Source: Chloroflexota bacterium (GTDB lineage: Bacteria; Chloroflexota; Limnocylindria; Limnocylindrales; CSP1-4). From it: DNA of 64,000 nt. Of the stretch, positions 30,771 to 40,581 are shown piece after piece. Both the position numbers and the translations under genes were made by a program. The notes under the pieces are model-generated. The model was given only the letters and a program-made list of their open reading frames with translations. It did not search any database and was not told where the DNA came from. Where the stretch lies: positions 462 to 64,461 of the forward strand of contig PLOC01000003.1 in assembly GCA_003141955.1 (NCBI GenBank), given 5' to 3'. Each line of letters begins with the position of its first letter. Positions within the stretch are counted from its first letter, which is position 1.

Positions 30771-33554
30771 ATGGCCAAGCATCGGAGCCACATGACTACC
30801 CAGCCGTCTGCACCTCAGGCATCTCCGACTCCGCCAGTCGACCCGACGGCATCCGGCGGCCTGACCTCGGCCGAGGCGGCCCAACGACTTCGCCAGGACG
30901 GTCCCAACGCGTTCGGTGGCGAGGGCCGCCGCGGTCCGCTGAAGGTCCTCCTCAGCCAATTCGCGAGCCCGCTCGTACTGATCCTCGTCGCTGCCAGCCT
31001 GGTCAGTATCGCGGTCGGCGATCGCGTCGAGGCCGGCATCATCCTGACCATCGTGGCCATGAGCGCCCTTCTGGGCTTCGTCCAGGAGGCCCGTTCCGAG
31101 GCGGCCGTAGCCGCGCTCCAGGCCCGTCTGGCACTGCGCGCTTCCGTGATCAGGGACGGCAAGCAGCAGGAAATCCTGATCCGTGACGTCGTCCGCGGCG
31201 ACGTCGTGGTACTCGGCGCAGGCGACATCGTGCCGGCGGACGCGCGCCTGCTCGAAGCCAACCACCTGTTCATCGACGAGTCGTCGCTGACCGGCGAGTC
31301 TGCCGCCGCGCTCAAGACCCCTCGGCCCGGCGTGCTCGATCCGGACAAAGAGGATGATCGAGCCGGGCTGGCCTTCTTCGGGACGAGCGTGGTGAGTGGC
31401 ACTGGGACGGCCGTCGTCACGGCCACCGGCGCCAGGACGAGCTATGGGACAATCGCCCACCGGCTCGCCGAACGGGCGCCCGAGACCGACTTCCAGCACG
31501 GCGTCCGCGCCTTCAGTCTGCTGATCGGCCGGGTCACGCTAATCCTCGTGGTCGGCGTCGTCGCCATCAACGTGGCCCGGCAGCGGCCGCTCTTCGACGC
31601 CCTGCTCTTCTCCATTGCCTTGGCTGTCGGTCTTACGCCCGAGCTGCTGCCGGCCATCGTGACCCTCAACCTGACCCGCGGCGCGCGCGCCCTGACCGCG
31701 CACGGTGTCCTGGTCAAGAGGCTGCCGGCGATACAGAACCTGGGCAGCGTCACCGTCCTCTGCACGGACAAGACAGGCACCCTGACCCTGGGCAAGCTCG
31801 AGCTGGTGAAGGCCGTCGGTGTCGACAAGGACGACGCCGGGGAAGCCTCCCAGGCCCTTGAGCTGGCATATCTGAACAGCTACTTCGAGTCGAGCTTCCA
31901 GAACCCGCTCGATACCGCGGTGCTGGCAAGCGCGCCCAAGCCGGACGACCTGGCAAAGTACAGAAAGCTTGCGGAGCTGCCTTACGACTTCAACCGGCGG
32001 ATGCTCAGCGTGGTTGTCCAGCGCGGCAGCGAGCCGCCGCTGCTGGTGACCAAGGGCGCACCCGAAGCGGTCGTGGCAGCCTCGAGCAGCGTCCGGGAGG
32101 ACCACACGGCGCGGGCCATCCACAAGGCCGAGCACGATCGCCTGGCGAAGCTCGTCAACGGCTCGTCCGCCGACGGATTCCGTCTTGTCGCCGTGGGTTC
32201 GCGGGTGCTGAGGTCCGACGAGCTGACCGGTCTGCAGGACTCGGCTCCAGCGGCGAGCGCCGAACCTACCGCCGCGAAGGCCTCGACTTCCGCCGCGAAG
32301 GCCTCGACTACCGCCGCGACGGCCTCGACTACCGCCGCGACGGCTCCGGCTCCGACGGCGGCCGTCGCCCTTGCCGACGCATCTCGGCTCGAGCGCGATC
32401 TCACCTTCGAGGGCGTCATCCTCTTCAGCGACCCGCCCAAGCCGGACGTCGGACAGGCGATTGCTGACCTGGCCAACCAGGGGATCGCCCTCAAGATCAT
32501 CACCGGCGACAACGATCTGGTCGCCCGCCATGTAGCCGAGCTGGTCGGGCTGCAAGTCGACGGCGTCCTCACCGGCGACCAGATGCGCCGGCTGACCCAC
32601 CCCGCGCTGGTGGCCCGGGCGCCCCGCACCACCATCTTCGCGCGCGTCGATCCCGACCAGAAGCTCCAGGTCATCCGCGCCCTGCGGGAGTCCGGGCACG
32701 TCGTCGGCTACATGGGCGACGGCATCAACGACGCCCCGGCGCTGCACGTTGCGGACGTGGGTATCAGCGTCGACAACGCCACCGACGTCGCCCGTTCCGC
32801 GGCCGACATCATCCTTCTCGAGCCGAGCCTGGCGGCGATCAGCCAGGGTGTCACGGAGGGCCGGCGCACTTTCGCCAACACCCTCAAGTACATCCGCATG
32901 GGCACCAGCTCCAACTTCGGCAACATGATCAGCATGGCCGGCGCCGCGCTCGTGCTGCCGTATCTGCCCATGCTGCCCAGCCAGATCCTGCTCAACAACC
33001 TCATCTACGATGCATCGCAGACGGCGATTCCGACGGACAACGTGGACGCGGACGTGCAAGCCGAGCCGGCTCGATGGGACGTGCACGCCATCGAGCGCTT
33101 CATGGTCGTCTTCGGGCCGATCTCGTCGATCTTCGACTACGCCACCTTCGGCGTGCTGCTGCTCATGCTCGGCACCAGCCCCAAGAACGAGGGCTCGTTC
33201 CAGGCCGGCTGGTTCATCGAGTCGCTGTTCACCCAGATCCTGGTGGTGCTGGTCATCCGAACCCGCGTGTCGCCGTTCTGGCGGAGCCGGCCGAGCAAGC
33301 AGCTGGGAGCGGCTATCGTGGCGGCGCTGGTCGCGGCGGTGATCATCACGCTGAGCCCGCTCGGGCCCGCGCTGCTCTCGTTCGGCGCGCTGCCGTGGCA
33401 GTTCTGGCCGCTGCTGGTCGTCCTGGTGGCCGCCTACCTGACCCTCATCGAGATCGTCAAGCGCATCTTCGATGGCCGCGAGGCGCGGCGACCCGAAGCG
33501 ATCGCCCGTCAGAAGGCCAGGACGTTCCGCCGGCCCAGCGCTGCGAGCCAGTAG
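30771..33554 (+). CDS. mgtA: magnesium-translocating P-type ATPase (MgtA-like)
   Basis: CTDKTGTLT phosphorylation motif, TGES, DPPK, and the GDGINDAPAL hinge, with 10 TM segments. The start could be 30771 or 30792. Confidence 0.85.
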   Translation: MAKHRSHMTTQPSAPQASPTPPVDPTASGGLTSAEAAQRLRQDGPNAFGGEGRRGPLKVLLSQFASPLVLILVAASLVSIAVGDRVEAGIILTIVAMSALLGFVQEARSEAAVAALQARLALRASVIRDGKQQEILIRDVVRGDVVVLGAGDIVPADARLLEANHLFIDESSLTGESAAALKTPRPGVLDPDKEDDRAGLAFFGTSVVSGTGTAVVTATGARTSYGTIAHRLAERAPETDFQHGVRAFSLLIGRVTLILVVGVVAINVARQRPLFDALLFSIALAVGLTPELLPAIVTLNLTRGARALTAHGVLVKRLPAIQNLGSVTVLCTDKTGTLTLGKLELVKAVGVDKDDAGEASQALELAYLNSYFESSFQNPLDTAVLASAPKPDDLAKYRKLAELPYDFNRRMLSVVVQRGSEPPLLVTKGAPEAVVAASSSVREDHTARAIHKAEHDRLAKLVNGSSADGFRLVAVGSRVLRSDELTGLQDSAPAASAEPTAAKASTSAAKASTTAATASTTAATAPAPTAAVALADASRLERDLTFEGVILFSDPPKPDVGQAIADLANQGIALKIITGDNDLVARHVAELVGLQVDGVLTGDQMRRLTHPALVARAPRTTIFARVDPDQKLQVIRALRESGHVVGYMGDGINDAPALHVADVGISVDNATDVARSAADIILLEPSLAAISQGVTEGRRTFANTLKYIRMGTSSNFGNMISMAGAALVLPYLPMLPSQILLNNLIYDASQTAIPTDNVDADVQAEPARWDVHAIERFMVVFGPISSIFDYATFGVLLLMLGTSPKNEGSFQAGWFIESLFTQILVVLVIRTRVSPFWRSRPSKQLGAAIVAALVAAVIITLSPLGPALLSFGALPWQFWPLLVVLVAAYLTLIEIVKRIFDGREARRPEAIARQKARTFRRPSAASQ
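32271..32354 (+). repeat. in-frame tandem repeat of four 21-nt units (heptapeptide repeat) inside mgtA
   Basis: GCCGCGAAGGCCTCGACTTCC / ...ACTACC / GCCGCGACGGCCTCGACTACC / GCCGCGACGGCTCCGGCTCCG, encoding AAKASTS-AAKASTT-AATASTT-AATAPAP. Confidence 0.85.
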
Positions 33555-34423
33555 TCGACCGAGGCGGCCAGGTCGTCGAGGACGCCGGCATCGTCCTGTT
33601 CGAAGGCCGGGATGATCTCGAGGATCAGTGGCAGATCCTCGACCCCGCTCTCGCCCAGGGCGTCGATGAGGCGATCCGCTTCGATGCGGCCGCGCGCGTT
33701 CGCCGCCGGCGTGAAGGGCCAGTGGTGGTCGCCCTCAGCGTCCGACTGCTGGAGCTGGACCTCGAAGGCCTCGCGACCGAGCTCACTCAACCAGGCGTAA
33801 GGGTCGCGGTCGGCTCCCGACGTGCCCGCTACGCACATGTGTCCGACGTCCAGGGCCAGGCGGATCGGAACGTGGCCGCCGTCTCCTCCGGTCAAGAGGT
33901 CCTGGATCATCGCAATGGTCGAGGGCTCGCGGGCCGCGGCCAGGTTCTCGACCAGGAGCGCCTGCTGACCGTGGGCGCGCGCCTCCGCAGCCAGCTGATG
34001 GAGGGCCGCGCGCAGCCCCTCCCATCGCTCCGGTCGCCGTACCGGGTCATTCCAGTCGTTGACCGAGAAGGCTCCGACGTGCCCGCCCGTCGCGACCGCT
34101 CCGACGCCCTCGCTGAAGACTATCGCCCGGCCGAACCACTCCTGAGCATGGGCTCGCTCGTCGGGGTTGGGGCTGAGCAGCAGGTTCGACGAGTAGGCGG
34201 CGAGCCCGGTGAAGGTCGAACGGATCGTCAGGCCGAACTGCCTGGCGGCGGCCGTCACTTCGACAGCCTGGGCCGGGATCGACCCGCCGGCAAGGTCGAC
34301 CAGGTCGAACGAGTGCTCGACCAGCCCCAGGCCCAGCCGGTCTCGGACGATCGGTGCCCAATCGGCCGCAAGAGGCCAGCGCTTGACCGCGAAGCAGGTG
34401 TTGATCCCGAGCTCGAGTCGCAT
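33509..34423 (-). CDS. sugar phosphate isomerase/epimerase (xylose-isomerase-like TIM barrel)
   Basis: MRLELGINTCF..., 304 aa; the 3' end overlaps mgtA convergently. Confidence 0.65.
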   Translation of the reverse strand: MRLELGINTCFAVKRWPLAADWAPIVRDRLGLGLVEHSFDLVDLAGGSIPAQAVEVTAAARQFGLTIRSTFTGLAAYSSNLLLSPNPDERAHAQEWFGRAIVFSEGVGAVATGGHVGAFSVNDWNDPVRRPERWEGLRAALHQLAAEARAHGQQALLVENLAAAREPSTIAMIQDLLTGGDGGHVPIRLALDVGHMCVAGTSGADRDPYAWLSELGREAFEVQLQQSDAEGDHHWPFTPAANARGRIEADRLIDALGESGVEDLPLILEIIPAFEQDDAGVLDDLAASVDYWLAALGRRNVLAF

Positions 34424-34454
34424 GTTCGAACTCCGTTCTCTGGGGGCAGCGCTG

Positions 34455-36029
34455 TCAGCCGCTGGATTCGCCGCGACGCCGCACGACCGTCGAGGTTGCC
34501 AGCTCCATGTAGGCGCCGTAGGCCTCGTCGTACGTGGAGCGCGTCATGGCCGAGGGCTCGATCAGCGGATCGGGCCGGACACAGCGGGCGATCGCCTCGT
34601 CCGGGTTCCGATAGACTCCGGCACCGAGCCCGGCCAGCATCGCCACTCCGATGCCGGCGGCGTCGCCGGGGATCGGCCGGACCGGCAGCCCCGTGACGTC
34701 GGCCTTGATCCGATTCCACGTCGCCAGCCGCGTGTCGCCACCCGACACGCGCAGCTCCGTGGCGGGGGCGCCGGCTCGGCGGAGCAGCTCCAGCTGGCCA
34801 CGGATCGCGAAAGCCGCGCCCTCCAGCATCGCCCGGGCCAAAACGTCGCGGCCGTGCCGCTGCGAGATGCCTGAGAAGGCGGCTCGCAGATCGGCGTCGG
34901 TGCGCTCGCCGTCGCCCAGGACGGGCAGCGCGAGCACCCCGTCGGCGCCCGCGGGAACTGACGCCGCCTCGGTGTCGAGAGCAATGTAGTCGCGCCCGGT
35001 AGCATGACCGGAGCGCCCGCCGTACAGCAGATCGGCCAGCCACGCCACCGCCGCGCCGGTCGTGTTGATCCCCGTTTCGGTCGTGAAGGGCCCGGGAATC
35101 ACGTGCGGGTAGTGGGTGATGAGCAGTTCGGTGAGCGGCTCGCGGACGACGGAATTGAGGCAGGTGGAGGAGCCGGCCATTTCGCTGACCGGCCCCGGCT
35201 CCACGACGCCGGCCCCCAGAGCGCAGGCCTGCGAGTCGGCGCCGCCCAGGACCACGGGCACCGGCAGTGCCAATCCAAACCGTCTGACCAGAGCCGGCCG
35301 CAGCTCGCCGATTACCTCGGCCGAGCGCTGGATTGGCGGAACCGCTCCCGGGTCGATTGCCAGCGCCGCCAGCATCTCCGCGCTCCAACGGCCGGCGTGT
35401 AGGTCGTAGAGCAGGGTTGCCGCGGCGTGGGTGCCGTCCGTGGCGGCGACTCCTGTGAGCGCCAGGGCCGCCAGATCGCGCGGCTGGAGGAACAGCGGGT
35501 CTCTTGCCCAGATGTCCGGCCGGTGGCGGCGCAACCACATCATCTTCGGGGCGATGTGGAAGGCCGCGGGCAGGTGCCCCGTGAGCGAGTGAATCCGCTC
35601 GTCGCCGAAGCGCTCGCGGATCTCGGCCGCTTCGGCCGTGGCGCGGTTGTCCCGGTACATCAACCCGGGTCCGAGTGGCTCGCCGTGGCGATCCACCGGC
35701 ACGACGGACGGGCACTGGCCGGTCAGCCCGATGGCGCGGATGCGGATGTCGCGGCGCGCGCCGCCGCTCGTGCGGGCTGCGGCGCCGGCCGCGGCTCCGA
35801 CACCGGCCGCGGCGCCGACCTTCAGCCGCCTGATCGCCTCGCCCAGCGAACCCAGCGCCGCCGACCGCCAGAGCGCGGCGTCCTGCTCGGCCCAGCCCGG
35901 CGCCGGAGTGATGATCGGGTAGCCCCGGCGGACCTCGAGGACCAGGTGCCCGTCCAGGTCAAACGCCAGGGCGCGCGCGCCGGAGGTTCCGACGTCGATC
36001 GCCAGTAGCACCTCGCCCGGAGCGGACAT
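34455..36029 (-). CDS. FGGY-family carbohydrate kinase (xylulokinase-like)
   Basis: VLLAIDVGTSGARALAFDLDG is the N-terminal FGGY motif. 524 aa. Confidence 0.8.
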   Translation of the reverse strand: MSAPGEVLLAIDVGTSGARALAFDLDGHLVLEVRRGYPIITPAPGWAEQDAALWRSAALGSLGEAIRRLKVGAAAGVGAAAGAAARTSGGARRDIRIRAIGLTGQCPSVVPVDRHGEPLGPGLMYRDNRATAEAAEIRERFGDERIHSLTGHLPAAFHIAPKMMWLRRHRPDIWARDPLFLQPRDLAALALTGVAATDGTHAAATLLYDLHAGRWSAEMLAALAIDPGAVPPIQRSAEVIGELRPALVRRFGLALPVPVVLGGADSQACALGAGVVEPGPVSEMAGSSTCLNSVVREPLTELLITHYPHVIPGPFTTETGINTTGAAVAWLADLLYGGRSGHATGRDYIALDTEAASVPAGADGVLALPVLGDGERTDADLRAAFSGISQRHGRDVLARAMLEGAAFAIRGQLELLRRAGAPATELRVSGGDTRLATWNRIKADVTGLPVRPIPGDAAGIGVAMLAGLGAGVYRNPDEAIARCVRPDPLIEPSAMTRSTYDEAYGAYMELATSTVVRRRGESSG

Positions 36030-36030
36030 C

Positions 36031-36984
36031 TCACCCTCGTACGAGCTGATGGGCCGAGACCTTGTCTTTCTCCAGTGTGATCAACGCGCCGTTCAGTGTC
36101 CCGGTCGAGTAGTCGCTGCCGGGATTGATGACGATTGTCCGCCCCAGGCGCCGGATCCCCGTCGATTCGTGGATGTGGCCGTGCAGACCAAGGAGCGGCT
36201 GGCGAGCGGTCAGGAAGTCGCACACCGCCGTGCTCCCGACCGGCGCCATCTTGACCTGGCCCAGGACCTGCTGGACCTGCAGGTTCTCGTCGAGCACCGG
36301 CGCGTCGTCGAGCTGGGTGTCGAAGGGCGGGACGTGAACGTTGACGATCGCCTGCTCAGGATGGGTCAGCTGGCTCGCCAGCTTGTCCAGCGAGATCGCC
36401 AGTTCAGGCTCAGTCTGCTCGCGGTAGCTGTGCCAGGGGGTGATATTCGAGAAGCCCCAGGACATCATCTCGTGGTTGTCGTCGAGCCAGATGACCTTGC
36501 CCTCGTCGTTCTGGCCCCAGGGCGCTCGGTCCAGCAACTCGGCCAGGGGCGGCGGGTCGTCGTTGCCGAGCATGAAGAAGAGGCGCTTGCCGATGGGCCG
36601 GAGGCGTTCGTCGGCGAGCGTCAGCCAGCCTTCGAGGCGCTGGCGCATGAGGCGGAGGAAGAGCTCGTCGAGTGTTCCCGCCGCCTTGCGCGCCTCGAGC
36701 TCCCCCGGTTCGGCCCGATAGGGGTAGTAGCCGTGATCTTCGATGAGCTTCTCGAGGGCAGTCAATTCCGGCCCGTCTTCGAGTTCGTAGTTGGTGCCTA
36801 TGAAGCTGCAGCTGTACTTGCCGCCGGGCCCGCGCACGATCGTCTGGATCGCCTTGCCGGCGAGATCGCCGCCCAGGACCATGACGTCGGCGCCGTAGAC
36901 GGGACCGCCGTTGATGAACTTGCGGAAGCACTTCGACGACCCGTGCAGGTCGGTGACGAAGTAGAGTCGTGTCTTGCCCGCCAT
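36031..36984 (-). CDS. metallophosphoesterase (calcineurin-like)
   Basis: LYFVTDLHGS, GGDLAGK, GNDDPP and GHIHES motifs. Start set at the internal ATG (MAGKTRLYF); the upstream ORF extension is Gly/Arg-rich junk. Confidence 0.75.
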   Translation of the reverse strand: MAGKTRLYFVTDLHGSSKCFRKFINGGPVYGADVMVLGGDLAGKAIQTIVRGPGGKYSCSFIGTNYELEDGPELTALEKLIEDHGYYPYRAEPGELEARKAAGTLDELFLRLMRQRLEGWLTLADERLRPIGKRLFFMLGNDDPPPLAELLDRAPWGQNDEGKVIWLDDNHEMMSWGFSNITPWHSYREQTEPELAISLDKLASQLTHPEQAIVNVHVPPFDTQLDDAPVLDENLQVQQVLGQVKMAPVGSTAVCDFLTARQPLLGLHGHIHESTGIRRLGRTIVINPGSDYSTGTLNGALITLEKDKVSAHQLVRG

Positions 36985-36995
36985 CGTCTGAGCCG

Positions 36996-37811
36996 TCAGG
37001 CGTCGGCTGAGGCGCGGACCCGGCGGACCGCGTCCATCAGGCGTCGGGCGCGATCTGGATCGACGGCGTTCCAGGTGATGCCGTCCACCTTTAGGCCCGT
37101 CCCGACGATCGCCCCGTCGGCGACCTTGAGGATCTCCGGGATCCGATCCGCAGTGACGCCCGTGTTGGCGATAATCGGCGTCTCCGGAGCCGCCTGTTTG
37201 GCCGCGATCAGGTCGCCCATGGCCATCGGGCTGCCGGCCGCCCAGCCGCTGATCAGGATCGCGTCCATGCCCATGAACGCGGCGCCCCGGGCTCGATCGG
37301 CCACGCTCCGCGTACCGAGAGGGCTGCTGAACTCGGGCGAGATGTTGTCGAAGAGGGCCACGTTCGTGGCACCGATGGCGGTCCGATAGCCGGAGATGTC
37401 GCCGATGCTGGGCGCGATCATTCCCAGGTCCGACTCGTAGACGCCGGTCAGCACCTCGCGGATGAACGAAGCGCCGGTGGCCCGGGCGACCGCCAGGCTG
37501 GCAATGGGGTCCCACAGCAGGTTGACGCCGAAGGGGACGCGGATGCGCTCGCGCAGTCGGCCGACGGTCGCCGCCATCGCCGCCGCGATCTCCACGCCCA
37601 CCTTGACCTGGTACGGGTAGTCCTTCTCATTGCAGAAGAGCACGCCGTCGACGCCGGCTTCCTGCAATGCGTCGAGATCGCGCGCTACCGGGGCCAGGAT
37701 TGCCTCCGGTCCACCGTCGACGTCATGAAGAGGACGTCCCGGCAGACCGGGCAGATGAAGCATCGCGACGATGGGCTTCTTGACGCCGAAGATGCGGTCC
37801 AGGGTGCTCAT
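36996..37811 (-). CDS. BtpA/SgcQ-family TIM-barrel protein
   Basis: MSTLDRIFGVKKPIVAMLHLPGLPG...; start at internal ATG 37811. Confidence 0.65.
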   Translation of the reverse strand: MSTLDRIFGVKKPIVAMLHLPGLPGRPLHDVDGGPEAILAPVARDLDALQEAGVDGVLFCNEKDYPYQVKVGVEIAAAMAATVGRLRERIRVPFGVNLLWDPIASLAVARATGASFIREVLTGVYESDLGMIAPSIGDISGYRTAIGATNVALFDNISPEFSSPLGTRSVADRARGAAFMGMDAILISGWAAGSPMAMGDLIAAKQAAPETPIIANTGVTADRIPEILKVADGAIVGTGLKVDGITWNAVDPDRARRLMDAVRRVRASADA

Positions 37812-37818
37812 GCTGATC

Positions 37819-38628
37819 TCAGGCCTCCGCTGTCTCGTCCTCTTCCGTCCGCCGGCGGTTCCCGGCGACTGCGACAACGACCGTCATGCCCAGTGACCGA
37901 AGCGCGTCCAGCTGCTCCGCCGGAGCGGAGGCGTCGGTAACGAGGGTGTGAATGCTCTGAGCCGGCGCGACCATGGCGCTGGCCGCCTGACCGATCTTCG
38001 ACCCGTCGGCGATCACCATCAGCCGCTCGCTTCTCTCGATCGCGACGCGGTGGATCTCGGCCTCCTCATCGTTGAGGTCGGTCAGGCCCCAGCGGGCGGT
38101 CAATCCGGCCGTGCCCAGCACGGCCAGGTCGAAGCGGTACCGCTCCAGCGTGGCGCGAGCGGCAGGACCGACGCAGCTCAACTCGTCGCGCCTGACGTCG
38201 CCGCCCAGCACGACGGCGCGCGAGGGGCGCGTCCCCATCAGGCCGGCGATCGGCAGTGAGCCGGTCACGACGGTGATGTCGGCCCGGGCCGGGAGATACC
38301 GGGCGAAGTGCTCGGCGGTGGTGCCGATGCCCAAGTAGATCAGGCGCGCATCCTCGATGAGGCCGACCGCGGCGAGAGCGATGAGCCGCTTCTCGCGGGC
38401 GTTGGCCAGGGCGCGGGCGTTGAAGGCCACATCCAGCGAGCGGGTGAGATGGGCCGTGGCTCCGCCGTATGTACGGCGCAGGAAACCATCGCGCTCCAGG
38501 CGCGTGATGTCGCGCCGGATCGTCATCTCGGAGCAGCGGTATTCGCGGGCCAGATCTGCGACCTGGATCGATTCGCCATCTGCGACTCGCTCCAGGATCT
38601 TCACGCGGCGGTCTGCGGCCAGTGGCAT
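37819..38628 (-). CDS. DeoR/GlpR-family transcriptional regulator
   Basis: N-terminal HTH (RRVKILERVADGESIQVADLAREYRCSEMTIRRDITRLE) plus a C-terminal sugar-phosphate sensor domain. Start at internal ATG 38628. Confidence 0.8.
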   Translation of the reverse strand: MPLAADRRVKILERVADGESIQVADLAREYRCSEMTIRRDITRLERDGFLRRTYGGATAHLTRSLDVAFNARALANAREKRLIALAAVGLIEDARLIYLGIGTTAEHFARYLPARADITVVTGSLPIAGLMGTRPSRAVVLGGDVRRDELSCVGPAARATLERYRFDLAVLGTAGLTARWGLTDLNDEEAEIHRVAIERSERLMVIADGSKIGQAASAMVAPAQSIHTLVTDASAPAEQLDALRSLGMTVVVAVAGNRRRTEEDETAEA

Positions 38629-38699
38629 CGGGGAGTCTTCCAAGCTCGGGGCGTTCCCATCTCGACCGAAACGCTCACACACTCGAACATCTGGGGTGA

Positions 38700-38750
38700 T
38701 GATATCGCACATAACTTCATTGACGCTAGGTGTGCGATTGTGTTTACTAT
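38700..38750 (+). promoter_or_regulatory. GC-poor divergent promoter region with inverted repeat ATCGCACA-n19-TGTGCGAT (candidate DeoR operator) and TTGACG / TACTAT promoter-like hexamers
   Basis: Lies between the divergent DeoR gene and the APC permease. GC drops locally; inverted repeat at 38704-38711 and 38731-38738. Confidence 0.35.
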
Positions 38751-38858
38751 CCCGTGGGCCGAATGACTGTCAAGCGGCGGACCCCGCTGGGAGGCCCGGG
38801 CAACAGCCCTACCTCGGCCGGAGAAGCGATCCTCACGAGGACCGCCAGGAGGTGACGA

Positions 38859-40475
38859 GTGGCAGGAGGTAGTCAGCTCTTCGTCCGCCAGAGCACCGGC
38901 CTCGTAAGGGAGGCCAACGCCCTCGACGCGACGATCTTCAATGCCGTGTTCTCGGCACCGGTCGGCGCCACGCTGGCCTGGGGAGTCTTCTTCGCCCTAT
39001 CGGCATTCCCAGGCTCCGACCTGGTGTGGGCGACGATCATCTCCTTCATCATCAACATCCCCGTGCTGCTGATGATGGCGTTGCTGGCGTCGAGCATGCC
39101 TCGCACGGGCGGCGACTACGTCTGGGTGAGCCGCATCCTTTCCCCGCCGCTGGCCCTCGTCTCCAACTTCGGGGCGGCGCTGTCGGCCACGATCGGGGCC
39201 ACGTTCTGGGCTCGTTACTTCCCGGTCTACGCGCTCGGCCCGATTCTGGCGACCCTGGGCATCACCTTCAACAATCACACTCTGATCGACTGGGGCAACA
39301 GCTTCCAGACGGACACCCACTGGGTCTTCGTCGGGGCCATGGTCATGGTCGTCCTGATGGGGGCGATCCTCGTGGCCGGCCTGCGGACGACCTTCCGCTG
39401 GCAGAACGCCTTCTGGATCATCGCCTCCGCCGGCACGTTCCTGGCCTTCATCGTGCTGGTCTTCGGCAGCCACACTGACTTCGTAAACAACTTCAACTCG
39501 GTCAGCGCCACGTACGGCAGCCCCTCCGCCGCGACCCTCATCAGCAACGCCGGGGTCACCCCCGGATCAGGGCCGGACGCAGGCAACATGAACGCCACAC
39601 TCCCGTCCGTCTTCGTGATCATGACCTTCATGATGTGGAACTGGTGGTCGGTGTACCTGAGCGGCGAGCTCAAGAGCGCTGCCAACCGCGCCCGCCAGCT
39701 GACCATCATGTTCGGGGCGCTCGCCTGGGACGTGATCTTCATCGTCGTCGGCGTGATGCTTCTGTTCAAGGTGACCGGCTACGACTTCATGGTCGCGGTC
39801 AACTCGGCCACGTCCGGCTACCTGGTCCCGACAGGGCCCTGGTATCACTTCCTGGCGGCGCTGGTATACAACGCGCCGATCCTCACCTTCTTGATCGTCG
39901 GCTCGTTCCTGTTCTGGAGCCTGCCTGCGATGGTCGGCAACACCTACATGCCGATCCGGTCCTGGTTCGCCTGGTCCTTCGATCGGCTGCTTCCTGAGAA
40001 GCTGTCCGAGGTCAACGAGCGGACCCACTCGCCGGTCTGGGCGATCCTGTTCGAGATGGTGCTGGTCACCGTGATGCTCATCTGGAGCATCATCAGCACC
40101 ACGTTCGGCACCTGGCTCGCGCTGGGCGTCCTAGCGGGCGTCGTCTGCGTCGTGATAGTGGGCTTCGCGGCGATCGCCTTCCCATTCCGCCGGCCGGACC
40201 TGTACCAGGCTTCTCCGGCGAACTGGAAGGTGGCCGGTATTCCGGTCCTGTTCATCGTCGCCCCGCTCTCCATCGTTGTTATGTGCTTCCTGACCTGGTG
40301 CACCCTGGCCTTCCCGGCCCTGGCGATCGGCACCACGGCCAACTACTGGTGGGTCCCGGCCTTCATGGGCATGATCGTAGTGGTCGGCCTCGTCGTCTTC
40401 TACGTCTCCAAATTCGTCAGACGACGGCAAGGGATCGACATCGACCTCGTCTACAAGGAACTTCCGCCGGAGTGA
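38859..40475 (+). CDS. APC-superfamily amino acid/polyamine permease
   Basis: 538 aa, 12 or more TM helices, APC-type N-terminal region. Confidence 0.75.
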   Translation: MAGGSQLFVRQSTGLVREANALDATIFNAVFSAPVGATLAWGVFFALSAFPGSDLVWATIISFIINIPVLLMMALLASSMPRTGGDYVWVSRILSPPLALVSNFGAALSATIGATFWARYFPVYALGPILATLGITFNNHTLIDWGNSFQTDTHWVFVGAMVMVVLMGAILVAGLRTTFRWQNAFWIIASAGTFLAFIVLVFGSHTDFVNNFNSVSATYGSPSAATLISNAGVTPGSGPDAGNMNATLPSVFVIMTFMMWNWWSVYLSGELKSAANRARQLTIMFGALAWDVIFIVVGVMLLFKVTGYDFMVAVNSATSGYLVPTGPWYHFLAALVYNAPILTFLIVGSFLFWSLPAMVGNTYMPIRSWFAWSFDRLLPEKLSEVNERTHSPVWAILFEMVLVTVMLIWSIISTTFGTWLALGVLAGVVCVVIVGFAAIAFPFRRPDLYQASPANWKVAGIPVLFIVAPLSIVVMCFLTWCTLAFPALAIGTTANYWWVPAFMGMIVVVGLVVFYVSKFVRRRQGIDIDLVYKELPPE

Positions 40476-40494
40476 CCCCTCCACTCCGTAGCAC

Positions 40495-40535
40495 GCAGCG
40501 GCCCCGGCTGCAAGGTCGGGGCCGCTGCTGTTACT
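40495..40535 (+). terminator. intrinsic terminator after permease
   Basis: 12-bp perfect stem GCAGCGGCCCCG / CGGGGCCGCTGC with a 10-nt loop, followed by TGTTACTCT. Confidence 0.6.
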
Positions 40536-40581
40536 CTCGGTTCCACTCACGTCCCGCGACTCAACCCCTGGAGCGCAATTC

